Positions 38,791 to 51,841 of a stretch of 64,000 bases of DNA are shown here, in pieces (position 1 is the stretch's first letter; each line of letters begins with the position of its first letter). This stretch comes from Camelus dromedarius. Its lineage: Eukaryota. The notes beneath the pieces are model-generated. The model worked only from the letters and a program-made list of their open reading frames with translations. It ran no database searches and was not told where the DNA came from. The translations under genes were made by a program, and so were the position numbers. The stretch covers positions 13,022,001 through 13,086,000 of the forward strand of contig NC_087438.1 in assembly GCF_036321535.1 (NCBI RefSeq), in the 5' to 3' direction.

Positions 38791-41700
38791 ACAAGGGGCA
38801 AAAGATCAATTCAACTTTGCTTGGGCATAAAATTAATCTTCATCTCAAGCAACTGCAAGGGGCAGGGATGTCCATGAATTCAACTCAGAAGACAACCCTT
38901 CAGCCTCTCCTTCCAGAATCTGTCTCCATGACAGAAGTAATAGCTGTTTGTAAGCCCAGATCACATGCTTGTAAGTTTTTTTTTACCAGAAAAAAAAAAA
39001 AAAAAAGGGAGCTAACCATTTGGCAAAACTGTGGCCATTGCTGTAAGGTATTATGACTGATCAGGAGCAGAAAAGTATTGTACTACATTAATTACAATCC
39101 AGGAGGGCAAAATCTTATATAACTTCATTAGAGAAAAATAGACCCTTATTTTCTTTCCCAATGTATATGTTCAGCAAATTTTCTCTTATTAAAATATGAC
39201 TTTAATCAAGAGATATATCCACAATCATTAATTAAAACATATTCTTACATACCCAAAGAGCAACTAGAAGTCTTTGAGGCTGTAAAAAATAGGTCAGTTT
39301 CTAAATGTGAGAAGGAAGAGATTTCTTTTTTTTTTGGAAGGGGCATGGATATTATTAAAGAGAAAATGGATTGAACTTGAAAATGATCCCTTTAATCCAT
39401 CCCTTGAGCCTGTTGATCATACTTCACTCAGCTGGAAAAATAATTTAGGACTTAAAAATTGAAATTGTAAAGTATATTATGTTATGTGAAAATAAGTGCA
39501 TCTGTTAGAATCTTCAAAGTTAAAGCTCTTGCCTGTGTGCCTTAAGGCTTTGGAAAGATTTGATTCTGACGGCTGTTAGGAAGTCTTAGATTTTGGAAGA
39601 TACTACTTCCAATCATGTAAGTAACCGAATTTTTTTTTTAAAGAGAAAGCCAGATGCACACACAAAGCCTTTTCATTATGATGATTGCTATACGGTGATG
39701 ATTAATCCTCACTTTCAATATCCCATGAAATACTCAGAAAATACAAACCAGATGCAAATGTCACATTGTAAAACAACAAGGGAAAGAAAGACATGCGCGG
39801 GAGAAGGTCGCCTGCTTGGTGGCTGCAGGAAGTAGGAAGAAACACAAGGCAAACACAGCAATGAACATGGGGGGTCCTAGTATTTTGTGACATCTGCTTG
39901 TGACTTCTGGAGAGGGAAGAAGTGTGACTGACTCCAGCTTATCAGGGAACGTGTACTCCATGCAGTCAGATGACCAGGAATTGAGAACGTAAGAGAGAGA
40001 AGCCGGAGATTGGCCTTGAGGCTATTCACATCCATGACCTCCTGTCTAGTACCAAAAAAGAGCAACTATTTTTCACCAAATTACTGTCTCTTCTCATGTA
40101 TATACCTTTAGTCAGAATCAAGATTTGGAAAAAATAATTAAGATAATCCTTTTTAGTGAAAGAAAGAAAACAGAGTATTTTTTTTTTTATTATGCGAAGG
40201 GAACTGCATGCTCGTGGCAGAACATCAGAGTCTAATACATCAGTAAGAATCCCCTGAAATGCTACAATTTCAACTTTCACAGTGATCAAAAGAAACCTAC
40301 ATACATTCTTTGCTGCAACAGTACATCTCCAAGAGTTTGCCTGTCAGGAAGCAGAAAGAACAGGTAGAAAAGGGAATGGAAATTGCCTGGAACCTGGGGA
40401 CGGAACTCTCATCATCCTCTGGCCAAGGACATCATTTGAGGGAACTCCGGGCCTTTCTGAATCTGGAACCCATCAGCAGAGGACTCCTCCATCTGCACCT
40501 CAGTTAACCTGCTCGTTCAGTGTGAAAAAGCCATTTCTTCTCCAAATTACAAGACAGGTTTTCTCTACAAAATATTACTCAAACTCTGCCCATCATGTGT
40601 ATAGTATCTCTCAAAAGTCTCTTATCTAGCAGGCTGTAAGTCCTTTCTAATTTTGCGACCACTTATTCCTCCTTATGGCCGATGGGGAAAATATGCTCTG
40701 GGTGCAGGAATCTCTTGGATCAAAATATTTTACAAACATTGCCACTGAAGGGATTTCACTCATAATATTTTTCTATGCTGCTCTTTGCCATAAAATTTTA
40801 CAAAGAGGTAATAGAATAATTAATAAGTGTAGGCAAATGTTTCCTATCAGATTCATAAGAAACTGTTTTAAAACTGGGTGTTGCATTTTCAACGAGACAG
40901 ATATTTCATTACAAGTTTTAAGAGAGCTGATTATCTTTAAGATTGTGATACGATTTATAAATTGTGTCAATATTAGCTTCAACGGAAGCTCTTTTCAGCT
41001 TTTGAATGTACATTTCACATGATCACAAAATCTGCTTATAAACAAAGGTTTATTGATATAAATTAATATATATCAGGAATAAACATACAAAATAAACAGT
41101 TTTTTTTCTCTAATGTTCCATATAACCGATGCATGCTTTTAAATACTATAGGAATTAACAGGAAAGAATAATTCTGACTCATATGATATGAACTAATGTG
41201 AAAATATTAAGGAGGAAGTATTTTCAAGTATTCTTTAGAGAGAAAATATAGTATATTTCTCTAAACTGCCACTTACATTTTTCAATGATAGAAAAACTGC
41301 TTATTTAAGACAATCTTTCCTTGACTACATACCTTAATCAATCAATCAAGAAAATTACCAAAGTACAAGTGAGGGTTTGCTGGTGGGTTTGAGAACTCAA
41401 TGTTCTACTCATGGAACCACGAATGCAAGTTATAAATGAATGGATCAAGGATCTACCTAGGAAGGGATGACTACCTAACCAGCCGACATTTCGTGAATGA
41501 GGAGACTGAGACGGAAAGGAATTAGCTTTCCAAAGTCAAGGTCAGTGTGAGGTTATAAAGCCTTTCTCAGGGTTTTTTTGTTTGTTTGTTTGTTTATTAG
41601 GTTTTTCCCTGAAATATAGAATGAGGTAAAATCAAATGCCCTCTAGGTATGAGCTTGTACTTCTTAAGTTTCCTTTACCACTATCTGATTTTTACCGGAG

Positions 41701-42319
41701 TGAATTACAAGGGTAGAATACACAGCTGTCCTTGGACGCATCCCAATATCTTGACTGCAACAACAAATATTTACATTTTGAGTATTTTAATGGCAATACT
41801 TAGAGAACAAAATAATTATTACCAGGAACATTGAAGACTATCCAATAATGTGTCAAGATCAAATATAGCAACCTTTGCCAAAACTTACATTTTGTAAAAC
41901 CTACCTTTCTCTCTGCCTACGAATAAGTGAATCCACTCTTCTATGTACTTTGGAATACTTTTCTATTACTTGATAGAAAGTGTTTCTATCAAAGACATGT
42001 GTGTATTGTTCATATAAACACTCTGTATCCTTCAGTCACAACAATCTTTAATTCGCATGACAACAGTGAGTAAAGAGATTTATCTTATAGCCTTTTAAAC
42101 TATACACCTCCAAATTCTTTTTATTAGACTTTCCTAATAAGGACCTTTGGCAATTAAAATTTTGAAAACAATGATATATAAAATCAAATTACATAAGATA
42201 TTTAGAAAGAAAGGGAGAGGAGAGCAGTCTTAAGGAGGCATTAAAATTGTTTTCACAGATTCGATTCTTCAAAAAGGAAAATCACTGAAATTGTAGAAAA
42301 CCAAGACAAGAAAGAAAAT

Positions 42320-42460
42320 TTCAGCTACATGTCTAGTGATGACTGTGTGCAGGAAACTGTGCTAAACATTTAATCATATTTAAACCTTCAAAAAACAGCA
42401 CGGGAAGTAGTTATTATTATCCTGGTATTATAAATGAGGAAATGAGGCTCAGAGCTGTTT
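42320..42460 (-). mobile_element. MIR fragment
   Basis: actgtgctaaacattta...ttattattatcc...atgaggaaatgaggctcagag. Confidence 0.75.
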
Positions 42461-42830
42461 ATTCCTCATTCATTTATTCTACAAATAGTTGCTGAATGTT
42501 TGCTATGTTGACTGTCTTGTTCTGGGAACAAAGATACACACAACCCTAAGGTCAAGGAGTTTACAATCTAGCAAGGGAGATAGTCACTAAAAGTAAGCAT
42601 ATTTTCTTGGTCTTGATAAGGATCAAGAGGAAAATCTAGGCAGAATGTGGAATGCTGAGTAATGACATAAAAGTTGGTATTACTATTTTAAACAGGTGAT
42701 TAGGTTGACAGCTCTCATGTGCTAGCATATGAGTCCAGTGAGGGGAAGAACCATGGCGATGATTAAGTAAGAGTATTTCAGATAGAGAAAACACCAGTGA
42801 CAAAGCCTCTATAGGAGGATGACCCATAGT
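42460..42830 (-). mobile_element. LINE2 3' fragment
   Basis: cattcatttattctacaaatagttgctgaatg...caaggagtttacaatctag. Confidence 0.7.
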
Positions 42831-43274
42831 GACTCCACTGATAAATAAGGGGGCCCAGGTTTGAATCCTTTCCTTGCCTGTGTTCTTATCAGCTACAGAG
42901 TATCACTTCCTGGGACATTATCATCTTCTCAGTGAACCAAGGCATTGTATATTATGAAGGCATATTATAATGTAATGTATGGTTTGCTTTAATGTAGTGT
43001 AATATGATGTATATTTTCTACTTATTATTATGTTATTATAAATTTGTAATTCTAGTAAGGAGCATTCTATATTTGGAAATGGTTTAAAATGAGAATTTTC
43101 TGTTTCTGAGCATTTATACACTATAGATACATTCTATTCTAAATTTCAGTGTTTGATTATCCAAATTAAAAAAAATCAAACTTTTTATCTTGAAAGATTG
43201 CTTAAATTACAATTTTCAGAACACATTCACTACCTTAGTGTATTCATCTTTATTTTTGATCACTAATGGATTTC

Positions 43275-44184
43275 CTGGAACCAATTTCAAGCTGTGTGTG
43301 TGTGTGGTTTCCCTACACCTTCCAGAATTCAGACATCAGCTGGATGTCCTACAATTTATCTCAATTCTGACACTCTTCACCCAGCTATAGCATCAGATTT
43401 CACAGGTTAAAAGTTAAGTCCTACAAGGCTAACTCTTCTCCTCCACCTGAGACACCAATTGCAAATTCAGGCTGTCACCTGTGCTTCTGACCAACTGGCT
43501 ATAGATTGGGGGTTCCCACAATGCCCTGCTTGGAATTCAGATGCAGTCAAAGTTCAGGCTGTTAGATCACAAGGTTCAACTACCCCTTTCTTGGGTTTGT
43601 TTAATCTCCTAGAACAGCTCACAGAACTTTGAGACATTTTACTTCCTGGGCACTGGTTCATTATAAAAAATATACATATAACTTACGAACAGCCAGATGG
43701 AAAAGATGAGTAAGGCAAGGTATGTGAGAAGGGTCTCACAGCTTCCACGTCCTCTCCAGGGTACCACTTTCCCCACATCCTCATGAGCTCATCAACCTGG
43801 AAGCTCCGTGAACCCTGTCCTTTTGGGTTGTTAGGGAGGTCTCATTACGTAGGCATAACTGATTAAATTATCGACGGTTAGCGCTAGAACTCAATCTTAA
43901 GCTCCTCACCACTCCCAGGAGGTCAGGGGGTGAGACTGAAAGTTCCTACCTTCTGGTCATGGGTTGCTCCTCAGGCAACCAGTCCCCGTTCTTCAGTGCT
44001 TTCCTAAAGTCATTTCGCTAACATCACAAAAGACACATTTATTACTCTCAGCTTTCAGGAAATTCCAAGGGTGTTGGGAGCTGTGAGCCAGGAACCATGG
44101 ATGAAGATGAAATCTATAAGAGTAATATATTTTGGTCATCTGATTAACCAAATATATATTTTTCTTATAAACTGCAGTATTGCA
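43275..44184 (-). mobile_element. MER21-like LTR
   Basis: cagctggatgtcctacaatt...aattctgacact, cacctgtgcttctgaccaactggctata and caggaaattccaagggtgttgggagctgtgagccaggaac are MER21 hallmarks. Confidence 0.85.
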
Positions 44185-44199
44185 GTCACTACATTATTT

Positions 44200-45110
44200 T
44201 CAATGTAAAATATACATGATGTAAGAAGTGAAAAAATTTATTTCTCCTGGTTGCTTGTCACTAACCTCACTCCCAGAAATTGCTCATTTTAACAGATTAT
44301 CACATATCTTATCAAATACCTGATAGAAGATATTGATAAAGACCTCATTCTAAATTGGTCTCTAAAAAGTACTATTTTCTTTCCTCAGTGGAATTTATCT
44401 GGTTCCCCATTACTTCACCAACATTGGATTATTTCAGGTGTTTTAAGCTTTAATAATTAAAAACCAAAAATAATAGCTTGTGTTCTTTTCCCTTTGCAAT
44501 TCATTATTAGTGTGGTTGAACATTTTTTTATAAATGTACCAGTTACTTTTATTTCTTTTTCTGTAAATTGCCTATTCAAAGTCAGCATTTATTTTTCTAC
44601 TGGGTTGTTCACGTCTTTAAACTTAGATGTATGTGCACACACACACACACACACACACGCGCTTATGTAAAATATTACTACTTCAGCTTATTAGTATTAA
44701 AATATATTTATCAATATTTTATCATTTAACTTTTTAATGGAATCTTGTACAGATAGTTTAAATTTATAAATAGATAAATATTTCAATTTTTCAAGGTTTA
44801 ATATGGACAATTACAAATTATGACAAAATATTGATTTTCCTACAATGTTTCAGCATAAAATTTTCACCCATTATCTTCTGTTCTTACCATCCATGAGAAT
44901 GACTTTTAATGTGTTCACTCTCAATTAGTCTGTTGCTATAGAACCCAGTCATCATTTTGAATTAATCTTTTCTATGTAAAGCATTTTATACATTTATTTT
45001 GATGGATTTTTCACTTTGTCTTATCATTGATATATTCATGTTTATGGAATAACTTATTATTTTTCTCAGTAACGTATCCCCACCTGCTTTTATTTATTTT
45101 TCCAAAATGC
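44200..45110 (-). mobile_element. Old L1ME fragments with (CA)n at 44635-44660
   Basis: atttctttttctgtaaattgcctattca...tttttctactgggttg, an L1 antisense pattern. Confidence 0.55.
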
Positions 45111-45639
45111 TAGTAAGACATCTCAAAAAATTAAGTAAAAAAAAAAAAAGAGAGAGAAATCTACAGTCAAACAGGTTAAGGGATTATTGTATAATATACA
45201 TTCTCTGCCCCTGTTCTGATCATTTCCAGAGACAGTCACAAGTCACATTAAAAGCTCTGAGAAGTCTTGCAGTAGAAAAAAAGAGTTTACCAAGAATTTC
45301 TCAAATTTATATAACTATATGTTTTTTCTTATTATGGCCAGATAGCCAATACAAAACCCTCAGAAGGTTTAGTCTGAAGAGAAAACTCATTAACATAATG
45401 ATGACACTGCTCTTCATTTGGCCTCAAAATACTTCTCCATTTATATCACCCTCTGTGTTGCCAATACATTGACACACTAATCATAAAAAAAACACCTGCC
45501 TTTCTTTGCTTTGAGAGCATTCTATCGTACTGGTTTATGTGGTACTTCATTCTCCATGAATTCTTTTTAGACAGATGTGACCTTCATTAGAGGCATAAAA
45601 AACGATCCCTACATGAAGACATTCAGTTTCTTCTCTTGA

Positions 45640-45704
45640 AAAGTAATTGTGCTGCACACTGGAAATTGACACATTGTAACTGACTGCACTTCAATTAAAA
45701 AAAA
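45640..45704 (+). mobile_element. Very short camelid-type L1 3' terminus
   Basis: tgtgctgcacactggaaattgacacattgtaactgactgcacttcaatt followed by poly(A). Confidence 0.8.
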
Positions 45705-46530
45705 GAACCAGGAAAAAAAAATAGACCATTTTTTTTTAGTTTTGCCTGTTACACGTTTCAATTCCAGCTAAATGATATAAAATGGCCTTTATTTTAGGAA
45801 AGATAGCAATAAAAACATAATGTGGAAGAAAAGGAAAAGTAACCTCTCTTTCAATATGTGTGGCATTTTAGAACACTCATGGTAGCTAGCTGTACAATGT
45901 GGAGATGTGGATATTTAATGGTAAAACATCCCATCGACAAGCTCATTTTATGCAGTATTTACATCATGGTACCAATCACAGCACATGGTAGATGTTCAGT
46001 TGGATTTAGAACTAACACTCTGTGCAGTGTAAGGAAGGTAGTGGGTACGGCTGCCTTAACTTGTCTCTCTCTGTATTAACACTTCCTCTCTCAGTTACTT
46101 ATTCTTGTTCTGATTAAATATTTTAAGGTGAGATGTCCTTACTGGTTCTAGTTACTTCCCTGAGAGACAGAAAAGAGAGAGAAAACAATTTTTCTGTCCA
46201 GAGGAGGAAAGTAATCAATACCTTAGTTAATTTAGGTCATGATTAAATGAGCACAAGCTATTCACTCATTTACGTGTCTTAAAAATCAATGATTTTAAAG
46301 GTGCCATCGAAATGAGTCAGTCAGCCTATACTAAGATGAATTTGTTACTGCGTTTTGGATATAAACATAGAGTACACAGATTATCTTCAGTGTACTTCAG
46401 TTGTCTTTGAGAAGTTATAAACATTTTAATGATACATTTCTCAGATAAAAAGGGCTTATTTTTCATATAAGACAATTATTATATTTTGTGCCTCTGGCTC
46501 ACTTTACTTCTCCTTGTATCCCACTGACTT

Positions 46531-46963
46531 TGTTAAAAAGAACGCCACAGCCCCAAAATGGAGTCACGTTTGCTCGACCACATCAGCAAACCCAGGCTTA
46601 GGGCTTGATACTTAACCTAATGGAAACTTCATTTGTCCCCAGAAATGTAGCCTTAACCTGTCAGTCAGGAATTTCCTGGTCTGCACCAATCCAGTTGTCT
46701 GTCACGTGGGCCTTCCTTATCCCCTAAAGGAAGATGAGGTGATGTGCCACATAGACCCCTTCCATCCCCTGTAGTTTACCTAAACCTGAAATAAACTTTT
46801 TTTGCTTGTGACTTCCTTGTCCTTGCTTGTAAAAATCTTTCCCTTTCTGGAGTCCTCTGGATCTCTCCTCTACTCTCTACATGGGATGCTGTCCAATTCA
46901 TGAAATTGTTCAATAAAGCCAATTAGATCTTTAAAATTTACTCAGTTAAATTTTTTTTTAACA
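46531..46963 (+). mobile_element. Class I ERV solo LTR (MER34-like)
   Basis: Inverted termini TGTTAAAAA...TTTTTAACA. Contains aaaatggagtcac and caataaagccaattagatctttaaa. Confidence 0.85.
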
Positions 46964-47204
46964 GTATCTTTTTCGTTTTGGCAGAAAGATCTAAACCTGA
47001 GATGATAATTAAATGTCATGAGATCTCTGTGATTTCCCAATACTTGTGTTATTTAGAGATATTGCAAATAATTAAATAAAAGCTGTGTTTATATTTAAGT
47101 AAAATAAAGAATTAGAAAAGGTAATGTCTAAGTTCCCTACCACATTGGTAATTCTCTAAATTATAAATCTTCCAAAAAAATTTTTTAAAAGAAAGCAGTG
47201 AACT

Positions 47205-47345
47205 TGGCAGCAGTGTACATATGATTAAGAGCCTGAGCTCTGAAGTGGAACATCTAATATTGTTTTACAACTTCACTTCTTAGAAACGAAGCGGCAACGG
47301 ACATGTGCATTTAATTTACTGGAATAAAGTTTTTCAAAATAGATC
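47205..47345 (+). mobile_element. MIR fragment
   Basis: ggcagcagtgtacatatgattaagagcctgagctctgaagt, a MIR 5' pattern. Confidence 0.5.
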
Positions 47346-47354
47346 TTTATAATC

Positions 47355-48659
47355 TGATGAAATAAAGTTCATATTTTAAGGCAAGACAAGAAAAATTTAA
47401 ACAAAAATTTTCTCTGCCCATTTGAGCCTCCTCCTTCCCCTCCAGTGTATGTTGTGCACCTTTATTTTGCATTAACCAGACATCCCCAATGGAAGAAATA
47501 CATACTTATCTATAAAGATCAATTTTTCTTCTTCTGACACCAGCCAGGCGATTCCTTTAAAGATAGCATTCCTTTCTCAATCATGTAAGGGTTCACGATG
47601 ACCCACCACTCACGTTGTACATGCAGACATCTTTGGTGAACTTTATGCACAATGCCAATAGATCATTTCCCTCACACTTAGCAATTGGTATGGAACAGAC
47701 TAGATCAGATGACCTGGGCAGATACTGGACTGGCTGTAACTAATGGAAGTTCTTAACCTAAATACTTACTTATGATTTTACTAATGTTACTGGCTATATT
47801 ACTTACATTCTGCCTATTTTACAAGATTATTTCTTACATTACCAAATGTGTTACTGAGCCTCCAACGAAAATGTTGATGACTAGGTGACTTGAAGCAATT
47901 AACCAATTATAGGATTCAGTGAGATCAATGACTGTAACAGTGTAACTCTAGATATGGGAAGAAGCAACAAGAGGCAATTATTTCCTGGACTGTAACAGGC
48001 TAGTAAGACAGGTGGTCTAGAGGCTTCAGGCTACTCTTAAGAGGGCTTAGTACAGTAATAGCACATTGAGTGAGTTATCAATGAAATTCTCACCTGACCT
48101 GCTAATGAGCTTTTCTAGGGCCATGAGACAAACTGGTCACAAAATGCTTCCCAAATCTTGGTTGAAATTAAGACCAGAAGGGAGGAGATTGTAAAATCAA
48201 GAATGTTGCCCATAATCCAGTTCTACAAGAATCAAGTCATTAGCCATTGTAGTGGCTGACCTACAATACACCCTGAAAGGAATTCAGGGTAAAGATCAGG
48301 ATGAGACACTGTGCGCTCTAGGAAAATAGACAAAACTGGCCCTAAGATAGTTAGGTATTTTCAGGAGAAAATTTTATGAACCCAGTTTCTTGCATCTTCC
48401 CATACCTAGGAAAGCACCAACACCATTAACTAAGATATCTGTTCCCTGAGAATAGCAGTAACCTTCTCCCAAGACGCACACTTCATTGCATGCACTCCTT
48501 TGCCAAAATGACATACACACTGGCCTCACCCCTTACATATTCGGAACAGTCCTCAGAGCTTTGTGAAAGACTGTCTCCCAGCTTATAATCCTCAGGTTGA
48601 CTCGAGCAAAATTTTCCACTTCTTTCTTAGATTGACTAGTGATTATTTTTTCATCCACA
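47355..48659 (+). mobile_element. Composite class I ERV unit: LTR-like head, env TM remnant, PPT and LTR
   Basis: TG at 47355 and CA at 48659, with TSD-like AATC/AACC. Hydrophobic env-tail frame at 47760-47888. PPT AGAAGGGAGGAGA at 48176-48188, then an LTR starting TGTAAAAT at 48190. Confidence 0.8.
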
Positions 48660-48664
48660 AACCC

Positions 48665-51400
48665 ATTTATTGCCTATTTCCATGTCCCCTCTAACATGTC
48701 GGATATCAGTAATGGGCACCTTCTCTCTTTTGATCCTGATTAATATGTAGATGACTATTGATTTTCTCATTCATTTCAAAGAAACAGCTTTTGGTTTTAT
48801 TGACTTTTCTATTCTGTTTCATTTTCTCTTTCACTTAACTTTAATCTTATTTTTATCTATCTTTTTCCTCCCATCTACTTACATTGAGCATAATTTGATC
48901 TTCTATTTCTAGTTTCTTAGGATGGCAAACTGGATGCTGATTTTAGACCTTTCTCTAACATAATCATTGAAAGCTAAAATTTGCGGCAAAGTACTGCAAC
49001 CCATAATTTTTGATAATTTGCATTTTAATTTTTATTTAATTCAAAATATTTTAAAATTCCCCACGCTATTTCTTCTTCTTTCTAATTTTTTAGAAGCATT
49101 CTTTATTTTTTCTCAGTTTTACTGAGGTATGATTGACATACAGGCACTGTATAAATTTAAGGTGTACAGCACAATGACAGAGAAGTGTTATTGAATATCC
49201 AAATACTCATTGATTTTCCAAATATTTTTATTTAATTAATTTTATTTCATTATTGTCAGAGAACATGTTCTGTGCAATATCAGACTTTCACTGAGACATT
49301 TTATGATGCTGGTTATTGGCTATCTTGGTGAACATACTATGGGCATTTGAAAAAAAATTTCCTCTGCATTTGCTGAGTGGAGTGTTCTATAAATATTCAT
49401 TTAGCCAAGTTGGTGGTGCTGGGGTCTTCTATATCCTTGTCCATACAATTTATCAATTTACTGAGGAGTGTTGAAATAAATCTCCACCGAAAGTTGTACG
49501 TTTATTTGTTGTGGTTTTAGATCTGTCACTTTTTACTTAATGTAATTTGGAGCCCTGTTATTAAGTTCATAAATAAACACTTTGGACTATTATATCTTTT
49601 TGATTAATATTTAATCCTTTATTATTATGAAATTCCTCTCCATGCCTATGATAACATCATGTTTTGAGTCTTTGCCTGATATGAATGTAGCTATCCAGAT
49701 TTATTATGATTAATTTTTACTGTTACATCATTTTTCTTTTTACTTTAACCTATCTTCATCTTCAATTAACATATGATTCTTTTAGACAATATGTAGTTGG
49801 ATTTTGCTTTTTATTCCAGTTTGAAAATATCTGTCTTTTAGTTGGGGTGTTCAGTCCACTTTTACTTAATGTAAATATCATATGGTTAGATTTCAATACA
49901 CCACCTGGTTATTTGTTTTTAATCTGCTTGATTTTCCTTCATTTACCTCTTTTCTTGTCTTTTTAGATTTATAATTGGGTATATTTTAATAGTCTATTCT
50001 ATCTCCAATATAGTTTATTAAAAGCCCTCTTTTTTTTAAATTTTAGTGGTTCCTTGGGTTAACAGTATGCATTTTATCATATTGTAATCTATCTTTAAAT
50101 AATAACAAAGCTCTTCACATATAATGTAAGGAGCATACAACTTAATACACCCATTTATCCCCTCTCATCCTTGTATAATTTTTATCTTACATTTTGGTTC
50201 TACTTTTAATTCTACACATTGTATATAAGTACAATAATACATTGTTATTATTTTGCTTTAAACTGTCATTTGTCTTTTAAATGACTTTTAAAATGTAAAA
50301 AATTCATCTTTATCCTTCCCCACAAATTTGCCATTTTAGAGCTATTTTCTCCCCCTAGGATTCCATCTGGTGTTATTTTTCTTCTGCATGAAGAATTTCC
50401 TTTAACATTTTCCATAATGTAGATTTGTTGGCACTAAATTTTCTTATAGTTTCACCAAAAATATTTGGATTGGCTAAGGATGTTCTTTAGTAGTTTCCTC
50501 CAAAAAAGCTTGTATGTTCAAAATTATTCAACTATAGGATTTGATTTTGAGGACTATGAAGTTTATTTTTGGCTCACAATTTATTTTCAAAAAGATCATA
50601 TGACTGTCACACCATTGTCATTTGTTCTTGAATTTTACTATGGAGTTACCAGAGCCTGATTTTTTCCCCTTAAATTTGCCTTAATATTTTCCCCTAATTG
50701 CCCATAGAATTTTTTCCTTAATTTTGAAGTTCAGTAATTTAATTAATGTATATCCCAGTGTTCACAAGTTTGGGTCAGTTTTTTCCTCACATATTGAATG
50801 CTCTTCTGTGGAAGGCGTCTTTCTCTTTTTTTCAAGGCATCTTTTAGAAAATGGTCCTGAATTATAAATATTTATGTTACTATAATAGTTGAATTTAATT
50901 TTAAGGGTTCTGATTGTACATATGTTGAATTAATTTTGTGTTTTGTATTTATCATTTCCTCTAAAATTAAATGCAAATATATATTTCCAACACATTTTGT
51001 TTACTTTTCTCATTTCTAGCTTCTACGTCTCTTATTTCCTTAATGCCTTTTCATCCATGGTTGCTTCAATTTTATTTTATTTCTGTGAAATAAATTTACT
51101 TTTTCTCATACTTTTTTTCTGAAGTTCTGCCATCTCCAATTCAACTACTTCTGCTGTCTTTCAAAAATTCCATGTATTCTTGCATTTCTACCTTATGTCC
51201 TTACTTTTTAGAATTGATTGATTTATATTTCATGAAAAAATGTAATTTCAACTGTCCTTTTCTACATGGCAACATTTATCTAGTGAGTAGTTCTTTATCT
51301 GTTATTAAGACATGATATTCTGTTTCCCTTATTAGTAAACTATTTTTACATAGATATTTTATCAACTTTTAGTTATTCATACTGAACAGACTTTCTACTT
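48665..51400 (-). mobile_element. Old L1M/HAL1-type antisense fragments
   Basis: tttcaaagaaacagcttttggttttattga, ttattgtcagagaacatg and tgttctataaatattcattt; T-rich L1 antisense composition. Confidence 0.75.
49101..49180 (-). mobile_element. Short L1 3' end nested in an older L1
   Basis: tttactgaggtatgattgacata...tttaaggtgtacagcacaatga. TSD AGAAGCATT (49092-49100) / AGAAGTGTT (49181-49189). Confidence 0.75.
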
Positions 51401-51674
51401 CTCCACTTTCTACTCTGTGTCTTTTAAAGTGATTCAATTGGCTATTACAGTCCTGCTATTAATTGGCATCTATCTATAGTTCTGCCAACATTAAGTTTGC
51501 ATATTTTTGTTTTTCCTTCCTCTCGATTTTTCCTAAACTTTCACATGCATAAGGGGGAAATGCTGACTTCAAATATTCATGTGCATATTCGAATTATCTC
51601 TTTTAAGGTTTTTTTAATCACCATGTTTATTTATTATGTTCTATTACAAAATAAACCACTTGATTAAATTTATA

Positions 51675-51841
51675 CAATTTGACCCTTGCAGATCCATGAG
51701 TTCTTCATTTGCAGACTCCAGCAACTGTGAATCTAATGAACAGCCAAAGACCTAGTAAACATCTGATATGAGCATCCGTGGATTTTGATATCCATGTGGG
51801 CCTCCTGGAACCAATCCCCTGGGAATATAAAGGGGTGACTG
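51675..51841. mobile_element. TcMar-Tigger MITE (MER2-like)
   Basis: gagcatccgtggattttgatatcc...cctggaaccaatcccc...gactg. TA target duplication on both sides. Confidence 0.8.

Noticed and set aside
40282..41022. Two 115-aa ORFs and a 42-nt mini-exon (40322-40363, YISKSLPVRKQKEQ)
   Set aside because: No recognisable domain, a weak donor (gtagaa), and lengths compatible with chance.
47760..47888. Syncytin-like captured env gene
   Set aside because: Only a ~42-codon TM/tail remnant bounded by stops; no SU, furin site or immunosuppressive domain is visible.
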